Assembly: GCF_965227465.1 (NCBI RefSeq)
Contig: NZ_OZ245746.1
Coordinates: forward strand, 1,658,365-1,722,364
Length of the DNA stretch: 64,000 nucleotides
Direction: 5' to 3'
Origin: Ekhidna sp.
Lineage (GTDB): Bacteria > Bacteroidota > Bacteroidia > Cytophagales > Cyclobacteriaceae
The notes below the pieces were generated by a model that was not told the DNA's origin, did no database searches, and saw only the letters and a list, made by a program, of their open reading frames with translations. A program made the translations under genes and the position numbers. Below, piece after piece: positions 47,243-57,188 of the stretch (its first letter is position 1; each line of letters begins with the position of its first letter).

Positions 47243-50200
47243 TTACAAACCAATGATCACCGTGAACTAGCTCTTGCCTAAACGCCGATGCGGTGAGGTC
47301 CTTCCATGGCTCCATTTCTTCGGGGAGTGTTACCTCGTCCTCAATAGCAGAAAATACCGTGATTGGAAATTCGAATTTATGATCATCCTCATAATCGTAA
47401 TCCATTAATAAAGCCATATCCAGTCGCAGGATCGGAAGGATCTTTTTAACGTACTCCAGATCATCGATGTAAGTCATAAGACCAATGAGTTTCTGCTCCG
47501 AATTAGAAGAGATCGCAGATTGTTTCAGAACGTCTCTATTTTTCCAGGTCACAGTCATTTGAGGTGCCATGGTAGCAGAGCTCCAGAAATGAACAGGTCG
47601 CTTTCCATGATTCTTTCTAAGCCGTCTCGCCAATTCAAAAGCAATAATACCACCAAAACTGTGTCCGTATATGGCAAAATCACCATCCAATAAAGGAAGT
47701 ATGGCTGCCTCAAGATCATCAAGTAGTTTTTGAAAATCAGTATATAGCTTTTCATCTTTTCTGTTTTCACGACCAGGAAGTTGTACCGCGTAGACATCCG
47801 TTCCTTTGGGTGCTTCGTACATAAAGTCGTTAAACATGGATGCTCCAGCTCCCATGCTGTGAAACATGAATAGCTTCAGTTTACCTGATACATCATTTTC
47901 AGCTTTTCTATGCACGAACCAGTTATTGATCACCTCAATGTCTTCTTCGGTAGAAATACCTGATTCATCCTGATTGCTCTTTTCATCACTTGCAGAAGAA
48001 AGGAAGCTTTCCATGATGTGCTCAGCAATCTCTCTGATGCTCGGACCTTTAGAAAGTCTCATCAAAGGATAGTTGAACTCAAGCTTTTGTAGAATCCAGT
48101 TCCGCAACTGGTTCATCATGAGAGAATCTAAACCTATAGCAGAAATGGATTTGTTTTCGTCTAACTTATCCGGAGTTGTTCCTAAAATCCGGGCCAGGGC
48201 TTCCTTCAGATTTAGCGCCAGCATCCCCTTACCTTCTCCATTGGCTGCAAGCAGTTTGTCCTTTAGAGATTCTGCGCCGGCTCTCGATATATTTGCTGAC
48301 AGGCTTTTATCCGTAAGCAAGTGCCTAAAACGAGCATCGTTTTTAAGGTGGCTAAAGAACTCCCCAAAACGTCCCCAATCAATGTTAGCTGCCATTCGAA
48401 CCCGATCGCCTTCCAAGAGAATTCGCTCAATTTTGCTGGTTACCTGATTGATGGTCATTGGAATCCAGCCTTGATTTTCCAATACGTTTAAGACATTACC
48501 TCCTTCTTTAGACATGCCTGCAAACTGTCCCAATACGCCTAGATTGATGCTCTGAGCGTGCAATCCTTTGCTCTTACGATAAGCTACCAGCTTGTCCAGA
48601 AAGTTATTGGCAGCTGAATAATTTGCTTGCCCTGGCAAACCGAAAACCGCGGAAATAGATGAAAGCGATAAAAAGAAATCTAAATCTATTTGATCTGTTG
48701 CCTTATGCAAGTTCCAGGCACCAATCGCTTTGGGTTTAAACACCTTTGAGAAAAGCTCACGACTCATTCTCTGAATGGTCGCATCTTCGAGCACCGCTGC
48801 ACCATGGATGATGCCGGCTAGAGGAGCAATTTTATTCACTCTATTGACCATATCATTAACTTCTTTTTCTGAAGAAAGATCTAGCTTTTCTATCATGATA
48901 TTGGCGCCATGCTTATGCATTTGCTCAATCCACCCTTTATCATAAGCTGACTTAGGACCGCTTCTGCTAACCAGCGCAAGATGCTTGGCACCATTATCTA
49001 CCATCCATTTGGCCAGCTCAATTCCTAATCCGCTGGCGCCCCCTGTGATGATATAGCTACCTTCTGAGGAGAATCGAAGCTTTTCTGGCGAAAGCGCTTT
49101 GACTTCCTGATCCTCCATCGAAAGCACTACTTTGCCAATGTGTTTGCCTTTGGCAAAATGATCGATAGCATCACCAATATCATTGATTTTGAACGACGTA
49201 TAAGGATGTGGTTGTACTTTCTTTTCATAAAACAACTCCATCACATTTTGGAGTAACCTGGTGGCCTTATCCGGGCGCTGAGCCATCAACCTGTCAATGT
49301 CCACAGCGAAGTAGGAGAGGTTATCCCCAAATCGTTTCAGATGAAGACTCATGTCCTCATAAATGTCTGCTTTCCCAATTTCCAGGAAGCGACCAAATGG
49401 CTTTAAGCATTTGATACTTTGGATGATTGCTTTACCACTTAGAGAGTTTAGTACGAGATCTACACCCTTTCCATTGGTATCTTTCATGACCTCATCATAA
49501 AAGCTCAAAGAGCGACTATCATATGTGTGTTTTACCCCCAGTTCCCTTAGAAAATCCCGCTTTTCCTTGGTACCCGCTGTAGCATAAATTTTCGCACCAT
49601 AATGTTTGGCTATAGCAATTGCTGCAAGACCTACACCACCTGTAGCTGAATGAATGAGGACTGATTCGCCTCGCTCCATTTGCCCTAAATTCAGCAGGCA
49701 GTGATAAACTGTAAGGTAAACCAGAGTGATCGTGGCTGCTTCTTCAAAAGAGATATGATCCGGAAGTTTGGCTACACAATGGCTTGGAGTCACAACTTTC
49801 CCGGCAAAGGAGTTTGGTGAAAAGGCTAAAACCCGATCCCCTTTTTGTACATGTTTCACAGATTTACCAACTCTTGAAACAACCCCACTGCTCTCCAAAC
49901 CTAATTGAGATCCTACAAGTCCACCAATTACACTCTCTTCTGACAGTAGCCCATTCAGGTTAAGAACATCTTTGAAGTTAAGTCCTGCAGCTTTTACATC
50001 AATTTCTACCTCTTTATCACCAATCTCAAAAGGGACTATTTGTCTAAACCCTATCGAGTCTAGGATGCCTTCCTCTTTTAGAATTGTCTGATAGTAACTA
50101 CCGCTGGCGGGTAGAGAGATGGCTGCTTCCTCCTGCGCAGATTCCCTTGATACCGAATCAAGTCTTTTCACATAGATTTTTTCACCTCTCAATGCAATAT

Positions 50201-53200
50201 CACTTTCATCCCCTCCATTAGAGATAGAGGAAATAAGTTGGGCTAATGAATGGATTTCGGACTCACTCGTTCTATCTCCCAAATCAACGAGTTTTATCTT
50301 GGCTATTGGAAACTCATTGACGGTGACTCTGCTCAGGCCGTAGGTGACAGAAGCCATCATATTTACCACTGAATCTTGTGGGGTTATCAGGTCTGCTTGT
50401 TCATTGATGACCCAAATAGTTGACTGTATTTCCAGTTCTATGATTGCGTTAAATACATTCAAGAGTTTCCAGGATAGCTCCTGAGTTTCATCAGCTATGC
50501 CTGATTCATCAGTGTATTGAAGCGGAAGGTTAATGACGACATTTTGAAGTGTTTCATGCTTATTCACGACTTTTTGAAGTGTTTGCCTGACTTCTTCACG
50601 ATCTGAATAATCAGGTATGTCGGCACGAACCACTGAGCTCCCAAGCTCCTGCAACTTTTCATCAAGCGCACTAAAGTTGGCGCCTTTTTCTTCAAGCACA
50701 AGGATCTTTGAATTAGCTGGTTTATGTACCATTTCTTCAGATTCAACCCACTGGTATTCATAAGTTCCTGCGTATGTCATGTCCTCGTCCGATGCTCTTG
50801 ATCCTTTAATGTACTTGCAGTTCAATCCTTGAATTTCAGCTACTGTGTTACCATCTTTATCAATGATCCAAAAGTCTCCTTTCAAATAGTCTGAGCTCGC
50901 TTCGGCTACTTTTACATAGCTGTATACCGTTTCAGATTTTGGTTTATTATGGAATTTGTATCTATCAATATGGATTGGGAGGTAAATACCTCGTTCTTCA
51001 TCTTCAGTATTCATTTTAGCAGCGAAAATGGTATGCAGACAGGCGTCTAAAATGCAAGGATGCAGGTTGTAATCATTGATTTCATACTTCAATGATTCGT
51101 GCACCTCTATTTTACTCAGAATCTCATCCTTTACAACCCATAAGTTTTTAATTGCTCTGAAAGTGGCACCATATTGTAACCCGCCTTTTTTCAATTCCAG
51201 GTACATAGGCTGTACAGGTAGTCGGTCGTTGACTCGTTCTTTGATTTCATTTAAATCGACAGACCGAGATGTAAATGTGTCTCCGAGTGTGTTCATTTTC
51301 CCGTTTGAGTGTTTGACCCATTCGGCATCAGGATTATTTGTGTCACGACTTAAGATCCAATAGCTTTCTTCATCTGAATAAACTTCTAATTTAACCTCAT
51401 ACCGTTCTCCATCCTCGGGTAGAAACAGCGCCGATTCAAAGTTTACATCTTCAAGAAAACCAAAATCTTTTCCGAAAGCATGTTTTGCCGCCGCTGTTGC
51501 AATTTCCAGATGTCCCGTGGCAGGGAATATGATCCCGTCGTTGACTTTATGATCTTCTATATACGGGTCAGTACGTCTGTCCAGTAGGACGTTAAAATTA
51601 TAGGACGTATCATGCAATCCTGATCGATCGTACCCTGTAACCAATGGATGGGGTTTCTTTTCCAATCGTCTTTCTCTATGGACTTTTGGCTCGAACCAGA
51701 ATGACTTACGATCCCAGGTATACCTGGGTAAATCAAATAGGTGATTGCTCTCCGGATAAATGGACTCCCAGCTAAGGTCCAATCCTAGTGTATACATGGC
51801 TCCCAATGTTTGTAGGAACCGAAGTTTCTCAGGCTCTTTTCTTTTGATGGAAGGGAAGATGTTTGCACTGGCATTTCGTTTCTCGAATAGTTCTTCAGCT
51901 CCAGCAGAAAGGGCAGGATGGGGCCCAATCTCTATAAACAAGTCATATCCATCATTTAACATTTCCTCCAATGCATTAGCGAAGTAAACCGTTTCACGTA
52001 CATTATCGTACCAGTATTCGCTCACTAAATGAGAACCATCTTCTTTTCTTCCTGTTACCGTTGAATAGAGATCAATTTTAGCTTTATCAGGTATGAGTCC
52101 TTCAAGCGATCCAATTAGCTCATCTTTAAGGGGCTCCATATGATGTGAGTGAAAGGGGACAGTAACTCTCAAAAATTTATTGAAGATATCCTTTGCTTCG
52201 AGCTCAGCTGAAATATCTGCTAATGGCTCTTCATCTCCTGAGAGCACCACCATATTGGAACCGTTGACTGCTCCAATTGAAACTACATCGTCCACATCCT
52301 TGATGAGCTCTCTAGCTTCATCAAGAGAGACGCTTACGGCTAGCATTTTCCCTTTTCCGGTCGCCGCATGTTGTCCCCGGCTCCTATGAAAAATAACATG
52401 GACAGCCTGTTCGAGTGTGAGAGCTCCTGCGGTGTAAGCGGCAGCCACTTCACCGATGGAATGACCAATTACACCTTGCGGTTCGACACCATGTTTTTTC
52501 CATAATTCTACTAGGGCTATTTGTATCGCCATGATCGCAGGTTGAGCAATCCGGGTGTCATTGACACTGGTATTTTTCTCGTCTTTATTCATCTCCTCCA
52601 ACAAAGACCATCCTGCTATCTGTTTAAAATGACCTTCTATTTCCTGAATGATTGATCGGAATAAAGGTTCTTTAGCAATAAGTTCCTGACCCATGGCATA
52701 CCATTGAGGTCCCTGGCCAGTGAATATAAAAGCCAACTTATTTGGGGGGCTGTCTACCTCATTGACTTCCACGCCTGCCAGGACATTACCTTCCAGGTAA
52801 GCATCAATCTTATGGGTAATGTCTTTTTTATCATTCCCTGCAATTGCTATCCTGTATCTTAAATCGGATCGGTGTTTTCCAGCGTTGTAACAAATATCTC
52901 GAAGGACGTGCTCTGATTCATTGATGTAAGATTTATACTCAAGAAGCAGGGTTTTCAACGCTTCCTGAGTCATGGCACTTGTATGAAAGAGGTAGAGGTT
53001 TTCTTTCACTGGCCTATTGAGCTCTCTTTCATTAGGTATGTATTCTTCCAAAACCAGATGAGCATTCGTTCCGCCTGCGCCAAATGAATTGACTCCACCA
53101 ATTCTGGGACTGGTATCTGATTGCTCTGGCCAGTCAGTATTTTCATTAATGACTTTGAGCTTCCATCCCTCAAGATCAATCTTTGGATTTACCTTATTAA

Positions 53201-54338
53201 AATGAAGATTGCCTGGAATTTTCTTGTGTTTCATAGAAAGGGCCAGCTTGATCAATCCGGCCACACCTGCTGCACCTTCCAAATGGCCAATATTACTTTT
53301 TACTGACCCAATCATGACAGGATTTTTTCGCTTATCAGTTGCAAAAACATTTGAAAATGATTTGGTTTCGATTGGGTCACCGATAGGAGTACCAGTACCA
53401 TGAGCTTCGATATACTGAAGTCGATCCGGATGTATTCCAGCCTGTAAATAGGCATCTTTTAGCATTTTCGTTTGTGAGCTTTCGCTAGGAACAGTGAAAC
53501 CTTCGGAGGTGTGCCCATCAGAGTTGCAGACTGTGGCTTTGATAATTCCATAGATCTTATTGTTGTCCTTCAATGCCTGATCGAGTTTCTTGAGATAAAC
53601 GACACCAATACCTTCACTTCTGACATAGCCATTCGCTTTCTCGTCAAAAGCTTTACAATATCCATCCGGACTTAGGAAATTGCCTTTGGACATCATAATT
53701 GTGGATTCAGGATTGATGATGAGGTTAGCACCACCTGCAAATGCAGCTTCAGCGTTACCACTCCATATGCTTTGACATGCGAGATGAACAGCCACCAACG
53801 ATCCAGAACAGGCGGTATCAATAGATACGCTAGGCCCTTTGAGATTGTAGAAGTAAGAGATCCGATTGGCTATAGCTGTGAGCGAAGAGCCCATTGGCGT
53901 GTGGGGAGAAATATCGTATCTGCTTTCCTGACTTACCTGAATGTCCCAATAATCATTAGTGAAGGTGCTCATGAATACGGCAGTATCTGTATTTCTCAAT
54001 TGATTGAGCTTGTCGCCGGCATCTTCCATAGATTCAAAGGTGGTTTGTAGTAGCAATCTTTGCTGTGGATCAATCCGCTCTGCTTCTTTGGGAAAGATTC
54101 TGAAGAATTCATTATCGAACTCATCAATATTTTCAATAAATCCACCTTTGTTGTTTTTAATTTTTCCTGCTTTGTTAGGGTTCGGGTCGTAATATTCTTC
54201 TACGTTCCATCGATCCCCTGGAACCTCCATCACCCCGTTCACTTCATTTAGAAGTTGTGACCAAAAAGAATCTGAACTATTAATGTTACCTGGTGCGTGA
54301 CATCCAATTCCGACGATTGCGATCTTAGATTTTTCCAT
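47226..54338 (-). CDS. Single-module fully reducing type I PKS/FAS (KS-AT-DH-pseudoKR-ER-KR-ACP-TE)
   Basis: KS: DTACSGS, EAHGTGT, NIGHLE. AT: GHSIGE, VPFHS. DH: DHKVNDGIIFP, LDACLH. ER: LIHSATGGVGLAA. KR: TGGASGLG, LED, GQANYSAAN. ACP: GLDSL. TE: GHSFGG, GDHWF. Confidence 0.95.
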   Translation of the reverse strand: MEKSKIAIVGIGCHAPGNINSSDSFWSQLLNEVNGVMEVPGDRWNVEEYYDPNPNKAGKIKNNKGGFIENIDEFDNEFFRIFPKEAERIDPQQRLLLQTTFESMEDAGDKLNQLRNTDTAVFMSTFTNDYWDIQVSQESRYDISPHTPMGSSLTAIANRISYFYNLKGPSVSIDTACSGSLVAVHLACQSIWSGNAEAAFAGGANLIINPESTIMMSKGNFLSPDGYCKAFDEKANGYVRSEGIGVVYLKKLDQALKDNNKIYGIIKATVCNSDGHTSEGFTVPSESSQTKMLKDAYLQAGIHPDRLQYIEAHGTGTPIGDPIETKSFSNVFATDKRKNPVMIGSVKSNIGHLEGAAGVAGLIKLALSMKHKKIPGNLHFNKVNPKIDLEGWKLKVINENTDWPEQSDTSPRIGGVNSFGAGGTNAHLVLEEYIPNERELNRPVKENLYLFHTSAMTQEALKTLLLEYKSYINESEHVLRDICYNAGKHRSDLRYRIAIAGNDKKDITHKIDAYLEGNVLAGVEVNEVDSPPNKLAFIFTGQGPQWYAMGQELIAKEPLFRSIIQEIEGHFKQIAGWSLLEEMNKDEKNTSVNDTRIAQPAIMAIQIALVELWKKHGVEPQGVIGHSIGEVAAAYTAGALTLEQAVHVIFHRSRGQHAATGKGKMLAVSVSLDEARELIKDVDDVVSIGAVNGSNMVVLSGDEEPLADISAELEAKDIFNKFLRVTVPFHSHHMEPLKDELIGSLEGLIPDKAKIDLYSTVTGRKEDGSHLVSEYWYDNVRETVYFANALEEMLNDGYDLFIEIGPHPALSAGAEELFEKRNASANIFPSIKRKEPEKLRFLQTLGAMYTLGLDLSWESIYPESNHLFDLPRYTWDRKSFWFEPKVHRERRLEKKPHPLVTGYDRSGLHDTSYNFNVLLDRRTDPYIEDHKVNDGIIFPATGHLEIATAAAKHAFGKDFGFLEDVNFESALFLPEDGERYEVKLEVYSDEESYWILSRDTNNPDAEWVKHSNGKMNTLGDTFTSRSVDLNEIKERVNDRLPVQPMYLELKKGGLQYGATFRAIKNLWVVKDEILSKIEVHESLKYEINDYNLHPCILDACLHTIFAAKMNTEDEERGIYLPIHIDRYKFHNKPKSETVYSYVKVAEASSDYLKGDFWIIDKDGNTVAEIQGLNCKYIKGSRASDEDMTYAGTYEYQWVESEEMVHKPANSKILVLEEKGANFSALDEKLQELGSSVVRADIPDYSDREEVRQTLQKVVNKHETLQNVVINLPLQYTDESGIADETQELSWKLLNVFNAIIELEIQSTIWVINEQADLITPQDSVVNMMASVTYGLSRVTVNEFPIAKIKLVDLGDRTSESEIHSLAQLISSISNGGDESDIALRGEKIYVKRLDSVSRESAQEEAAISLPASGSYYQTILKEEGILDSIGFRQIVPFEIGDKEVEIDVKAAGLNFKDVLNLNGLLSEESVIGGLVGSQLGLESSGVVSRVGKSVKHVQKGDRVLAFSPNSFAGKVVTPSHCVAKLPDHISFEEAATITLVYLTVYHCLLNLGQMERGESVLIHSATGGVGLAAIAIAKHYGAKIYATAGTKEKRDFLRELGVKHTYDSRSLSFYDEVMKDTNGKGVDLVLNSLSGKAIIQSIKCLKPFGRFLEIGKADIYEDMSLHLKRFGDNLSYFAVDIDRLMAQRPDKATRLLQNVMELFYEKKVQPHPYTSFKINDIGDAIDHFAKGKHIGKVVLSMEDQEVKALSPEKLRFSSEGSYIITGGASGLGIELAKWMVDNGAKHLALVSRSGPKSAYDKGWIEQMHKHGANIMIEKLDLSSEKEVNDMVNRVNKIAPLAGIIHGAAVLEDATIQRMSRELFSKVFKPKAIGAWNLHKATDQIDLDFFLSLSSISAVFGLPGQANYSAANNFLDKLVAYRKSKGLHAQSINLGVLGQFAGMSKEGGNVLNVLENQGWIPMTINQVTSKIERILLEGDRVRMAANIDWGRFGEFFSHLKNDARFRHLLTDKSLSANISRAGAESLKDKLLAANGEGKGMLALNLKEALARILGTTPDKLDENKSISAIGLDSLMMNQLRNWILQKLEFNYPLMRLSKGPSIREIAEHIMESFLSSASDEKSNQDESGISTEEDIEVINNWFVHRKAENDVSGKLKLFMFHSMGAGASMFNDFMYEAPKGTDVYAVQLPGRENRKDEKLYTDFQKLLDDLEAAILPLLDGDFAIYGHSFGGIIAFELARRLRKNHGKRPVHFWSSATMAPQMTVTWKNRDVLKQSAISSNSEQKLIGLMTYIDDLEYVKKILPILRLDMALLMDYDYEDDHKFEFPITVFSAIEDEVTLPEEMEPWKDLTASAFRQELVHGDHWFVSRNNC

Positions 54339-54945
54339 ATTTTTAACTGGTTTTTAATGATATTGACAAATAATTGTTTTATTAGATGAATGCTAATAAG
54401 TACAATTATTAATTTAAATAAGAAAGTGAGTAGATATCTAAAGTGAATTAATAAGTATTTTGTTTAAATTATTGAAAATCCTATATATAAAAAGGACGCA
54501 ACATTTTACAAAATAAATACCTGGTAAGACTTAGTAAGTGTGAGTAGTTCATAGCTATATCAATTATATGTTCATTATTATATCAAATAACGCCGTTATT
54601 TAATATATGTTTTAACATTATGCATTTTAAATCATTTAAATGCACTTAATGGGAGTATATATACATAATTGATAACGTATAATATGCAGAATTTAAACAA
54701 TATTTTATTGGCGTTATGTAAATACTCTATCAGATGCTTAAGTGTTCCTTACATCGTATCTAAATACTTAATAACCTTTTATCAAGAATGTTGAGGCATT
54801 TTATTTTAATTACTTGAATACGTTATTAATAATAAAGTATATTACGTGAAAATATATAACTAAAAATCAAAAAAATATTGTAGTGAATTATTAATCTTAT
54901 AAGAGAATAATAATATATAACTAAAAACGCTAAATACAAAATATT
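54339..54945. promoter_or_regulatory. 607-bp very AT-rich divergent regulatory region
   Basis: No ORF; visibly far more AT-rich than the flanking genes; longest intergenic stretch in the window. Confidence 0.65.
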
Positions 54946-55587
54946 ATGAAAAAACATTCTTTGTTATTTACTATTGTCCTACTGATAGGTATTAGCTTAG
55001 AAGCTCAGGAGTCAATTGATCAGAAATGGTACCTTCAACCAAGCGCATTCTTTTTCGATTTAAGTAAGGCATCCACTGAAACTAACATTGGGGGGAGCGA
55101 CCTACCAGGAGAAAATATCTCATTTTCTAATTCGACAGTTCCAGGTGTTGGTATTGGATATTTTGTAAATACTAATATTTCTATTCATACAGTCATTGCA
55201 TACCCTCCATCTACTACTGCCGAAGGCAAAAACAATTTGGAAGGTCAAACAGCAGGGGAGGTTACCTATGCTCCGTTTGCAATCTCAGGTCTTTATCATT
55301 ATCGATTGGGCGACTTTCAACCATTTCTGGGCGGAGGATTTGCGTATGCTGTCATCCTTGATGCAGAAGACGGAGATGTTTCTGACATTGAAGCAGATAA
55401 TGCGTTTGGGTTTATCATTCGAGGGGGATTTGATTATATGGTTAATAACTCCTGGGGAGCTTCGCTTTCTGTAAATAGACTATTTATTGATACGGAGATT
55501 ACAGGAGATGCGGGAGGGGCACCCGCCAAAGTAGATGCTTCATTAAATCCATGGGTATATTCCATAGGAGTTATTTATCGCAGATAG
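54946..55587 (+). CDS. OmpW/AlkL-family outer-membrane channel
   Basis: Signal peptide; GYF..TNIS, YPP, QPFLGGG..Y, GFDY and LNPWVYSIGVIYR, all OmpW-like. Confidence 0.85.
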   Translation: MKKHSLLFTIVLLIGISLEAQESIDQKWYLQPSAFFFDLSKASTETNIGGSDLPGENISFSNSTVPGVGIGYFVNTNISIHTVIAYPPSTTAEGKNNLEGQTAGEVTYAPFAISGLYHYRLGDFQPFLGGGFAYAVILDAEDGDVSDIEADNAFGFIIRGGFDYMVNNSWGASLSVNRLFIDTEITGDAGGAPAKVDASLNPWVYSIGVIYRR

Positions 55588-55652
55588 CCATTTTGCATTA
55601 ACTAATTGGTAGCAAATGATGTATAATTAATGTTGGGTGTCTTCAAACAATC

Positions 55653-55901
55653 ATGACTGACAACATTGTTAACTTCACTAAAGCAGGAGCATATGAAATG
55701 ATGGATCAGGCCAATGACTGTGACTCCATCGATGATTTTTTCGAAGCAAGTTGGTGGGGAGTTGGCGAGCACTATATGGGTTTGGTTTACGATGATGGTG
55801 CTACCGTAGTAGATATAAATGAACTAACGGAAAATAGCTTTATAGCTACCGAATATCGTGAACAGGAAACGATCAATTACCGCTATGAAAGGTTAGATTA
55901 A
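55653..55901 (+). pseudogene. Probable 5'-truncated lipocalin-like gene
   Basis: C...DNIVNFTKAGAY...DC resembles Bacteroidetes lipocalin-like lipoproteins. There is no signal peptide, and an in-frame stop lies at 55617-55619. Confidence 0.4.
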
Positions 55902-55908
55902 AGTAATA

Positions 55909-55946
55909 AATGATGCTGCACTCACAGCGGTAGCATCATTTTTTTT
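55909..55946 (+). terminator. Rho-independent terminator
   Basis: AATGATGCT...AGCATCATT followed by a T-run. Confidence 0.65.
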
Positions 55947-55951
55947 ACAAA

Positions 55952-56509
55952 CTAATCCTCCCCTAAATGCAGGTGATGCACATGCTCATCAATCAAGTCG
56001 ATCTGCTTGGTAATCTCCTTAACATACTTCTTTAACTCACTTTCCAGCACTTTTACTTCTTCCTTGTATTCAGAACCTTTTTCAGCTCCCAGGTTTTTCT
56101 CAATGTCGTTGTAAGTATTGCATTCCTGATGAATAAATCTCCTGAATGACTTAGTTGTATACTCACTCTCCAATCTCTCAATATCATCAAGTGTAGCTTT
56201 GGCTTCCTTGTCTCCATTTTTTGAGAATTTTCTGGTCACAATTCCGTAAAGAAGTGTATCGTAGTGATGAATTTCATCCAGCATACCAATGATTTGTTTT
56301 CTATAGACCGATTGGCCACAAAAACTCCCCAAGCCTTCATAAGTTTGCAGCTTCTCGGCTTCATTGTCCCATCGGAGGGTTAAATCATCAATGGCTTTAA
56401 CGACTTCAGCTTCATCTTCCTGTGCGAAAGAAGCGAAAGAAAAAAGGCAAAATAGCAGGAGGATAGTAGATTTCATTGTTGTGAGTATTTGGTTGAACTG
56501 ATAGTACAT
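55952..56509 (-). CDS. Secreted helical hypothetical protein (likely start 56476, MKSTIL)
   Basis: Signal peptide MKSTILLLFCLFSFASFAQ; two Cys; helical. Confidence 0.75.
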   Translation of the reverse strand: MYYQFNQILTTMKSTILLLFCLFSFASFAQEDEAEVVKAIDDLTLRWDNEAEKLQTYEGLGSFCGQSVYRKQIIGMLDEIHHYDTLLYGIVTRKFSKNGDKEAKATLDDIERLESEYTTKSFRRFIHQECNTYNDIEKNLGAEKGSEYKEEVKVLESELKKYVKEITKQIDLIDEHVHHLHLGED

Positions 56510-57165
56510 TGGCTAAAAAAAATAAGTTAACGAAGTTTTCCGAAAATATGGCAAGTAAAAATGTCATAGAGCCAGGAAAAGATCTGTATGAATCCATTCA
56601 CGGAAAGTGGAGTGAATTCTTTGGTAATGATAATGAAATCGTAGTGGAATTGGCGTGCGGATGGGGGGAATATACCATCTCACTGGCAGAGATTTGTCCC
56701 AACCAAAATTTCATAGGCATAGACATCAAAGGAGATCGTGTCTGGAAAGGAAGTCAGTATGCTCAGAAGAATAGCCTAGATAATGTAGCTTTTTTACGGA
56801 CCCACATTATTGAAATCCATAACCTGTTTGATGAAAAAGAGGTGGATGAAATCTGGCTCACATTCCCTGACCCCAGACCTAAGGATCGGGATGAAAAACA
56901 TCGATTATCAAATAAATCTTTTCTGGAAAAATACAGATCGATCCTTAAACCCGATGGTTGGTTCAAATTCAAAACCGACAACACAGCTCTTTTCGAATAT
57001 ACGCTTCAGGTTTTGGCAGATTTTGACATCAAAGATCACGAATTCACTTTCGATCTTTACAACTCTCCGCTGTTGGCTGATCACTATGACATCAAAACCA
57101 AATATGAGCGAATCTGGACGGAAAAAGGGGAGAAGATCAAGTACATGAAGTTTCGATTCAAATAA
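56509..57165 (+). CDS. trmB: tRNA (guanine-N7)-methyltransferase
   Basis: ELACGWGEY, GIDIKGDR, LTFPDP, FKTD and KTKYE; TTG start. Confidence 0.93.
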   Translation: MAKKNKLTKFSENMASKNVIEPGKDLYESIHGKWSEFFGNDNEIVVELACGWGEYTISLAEICPNQNFIGIDIKGDRVWKGSQYAQKNSLDNVAFLRTHIIEIHNLFDEKEVDEIWLTFPDPRPKDRDEKHRLSNKSFLEKYRSILKPDGWFKFKTDNTALFEYTLQVLADFDIKDHEFTFDLYNSPLLADHYDIKTKYERIWTEKGEKIKYMKFRFK

Positions 57166-57188
57166 AATAGGGGCTTATGCCCCTATTT
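57165..57188. terminator. Bidirectional terminator between trmB and SulP
   Basis: AAATAGGGG-cttatg-CCCCTATTT. Confidence 0.75.

Noticed and set aside
47555-54251. Many short ORFs antisense or out of frame within the PKS (likewise within parE, parC, ligD and SulP)
   Set aside because: They are shadow ORFs of long coding genes with no recognisable domains.
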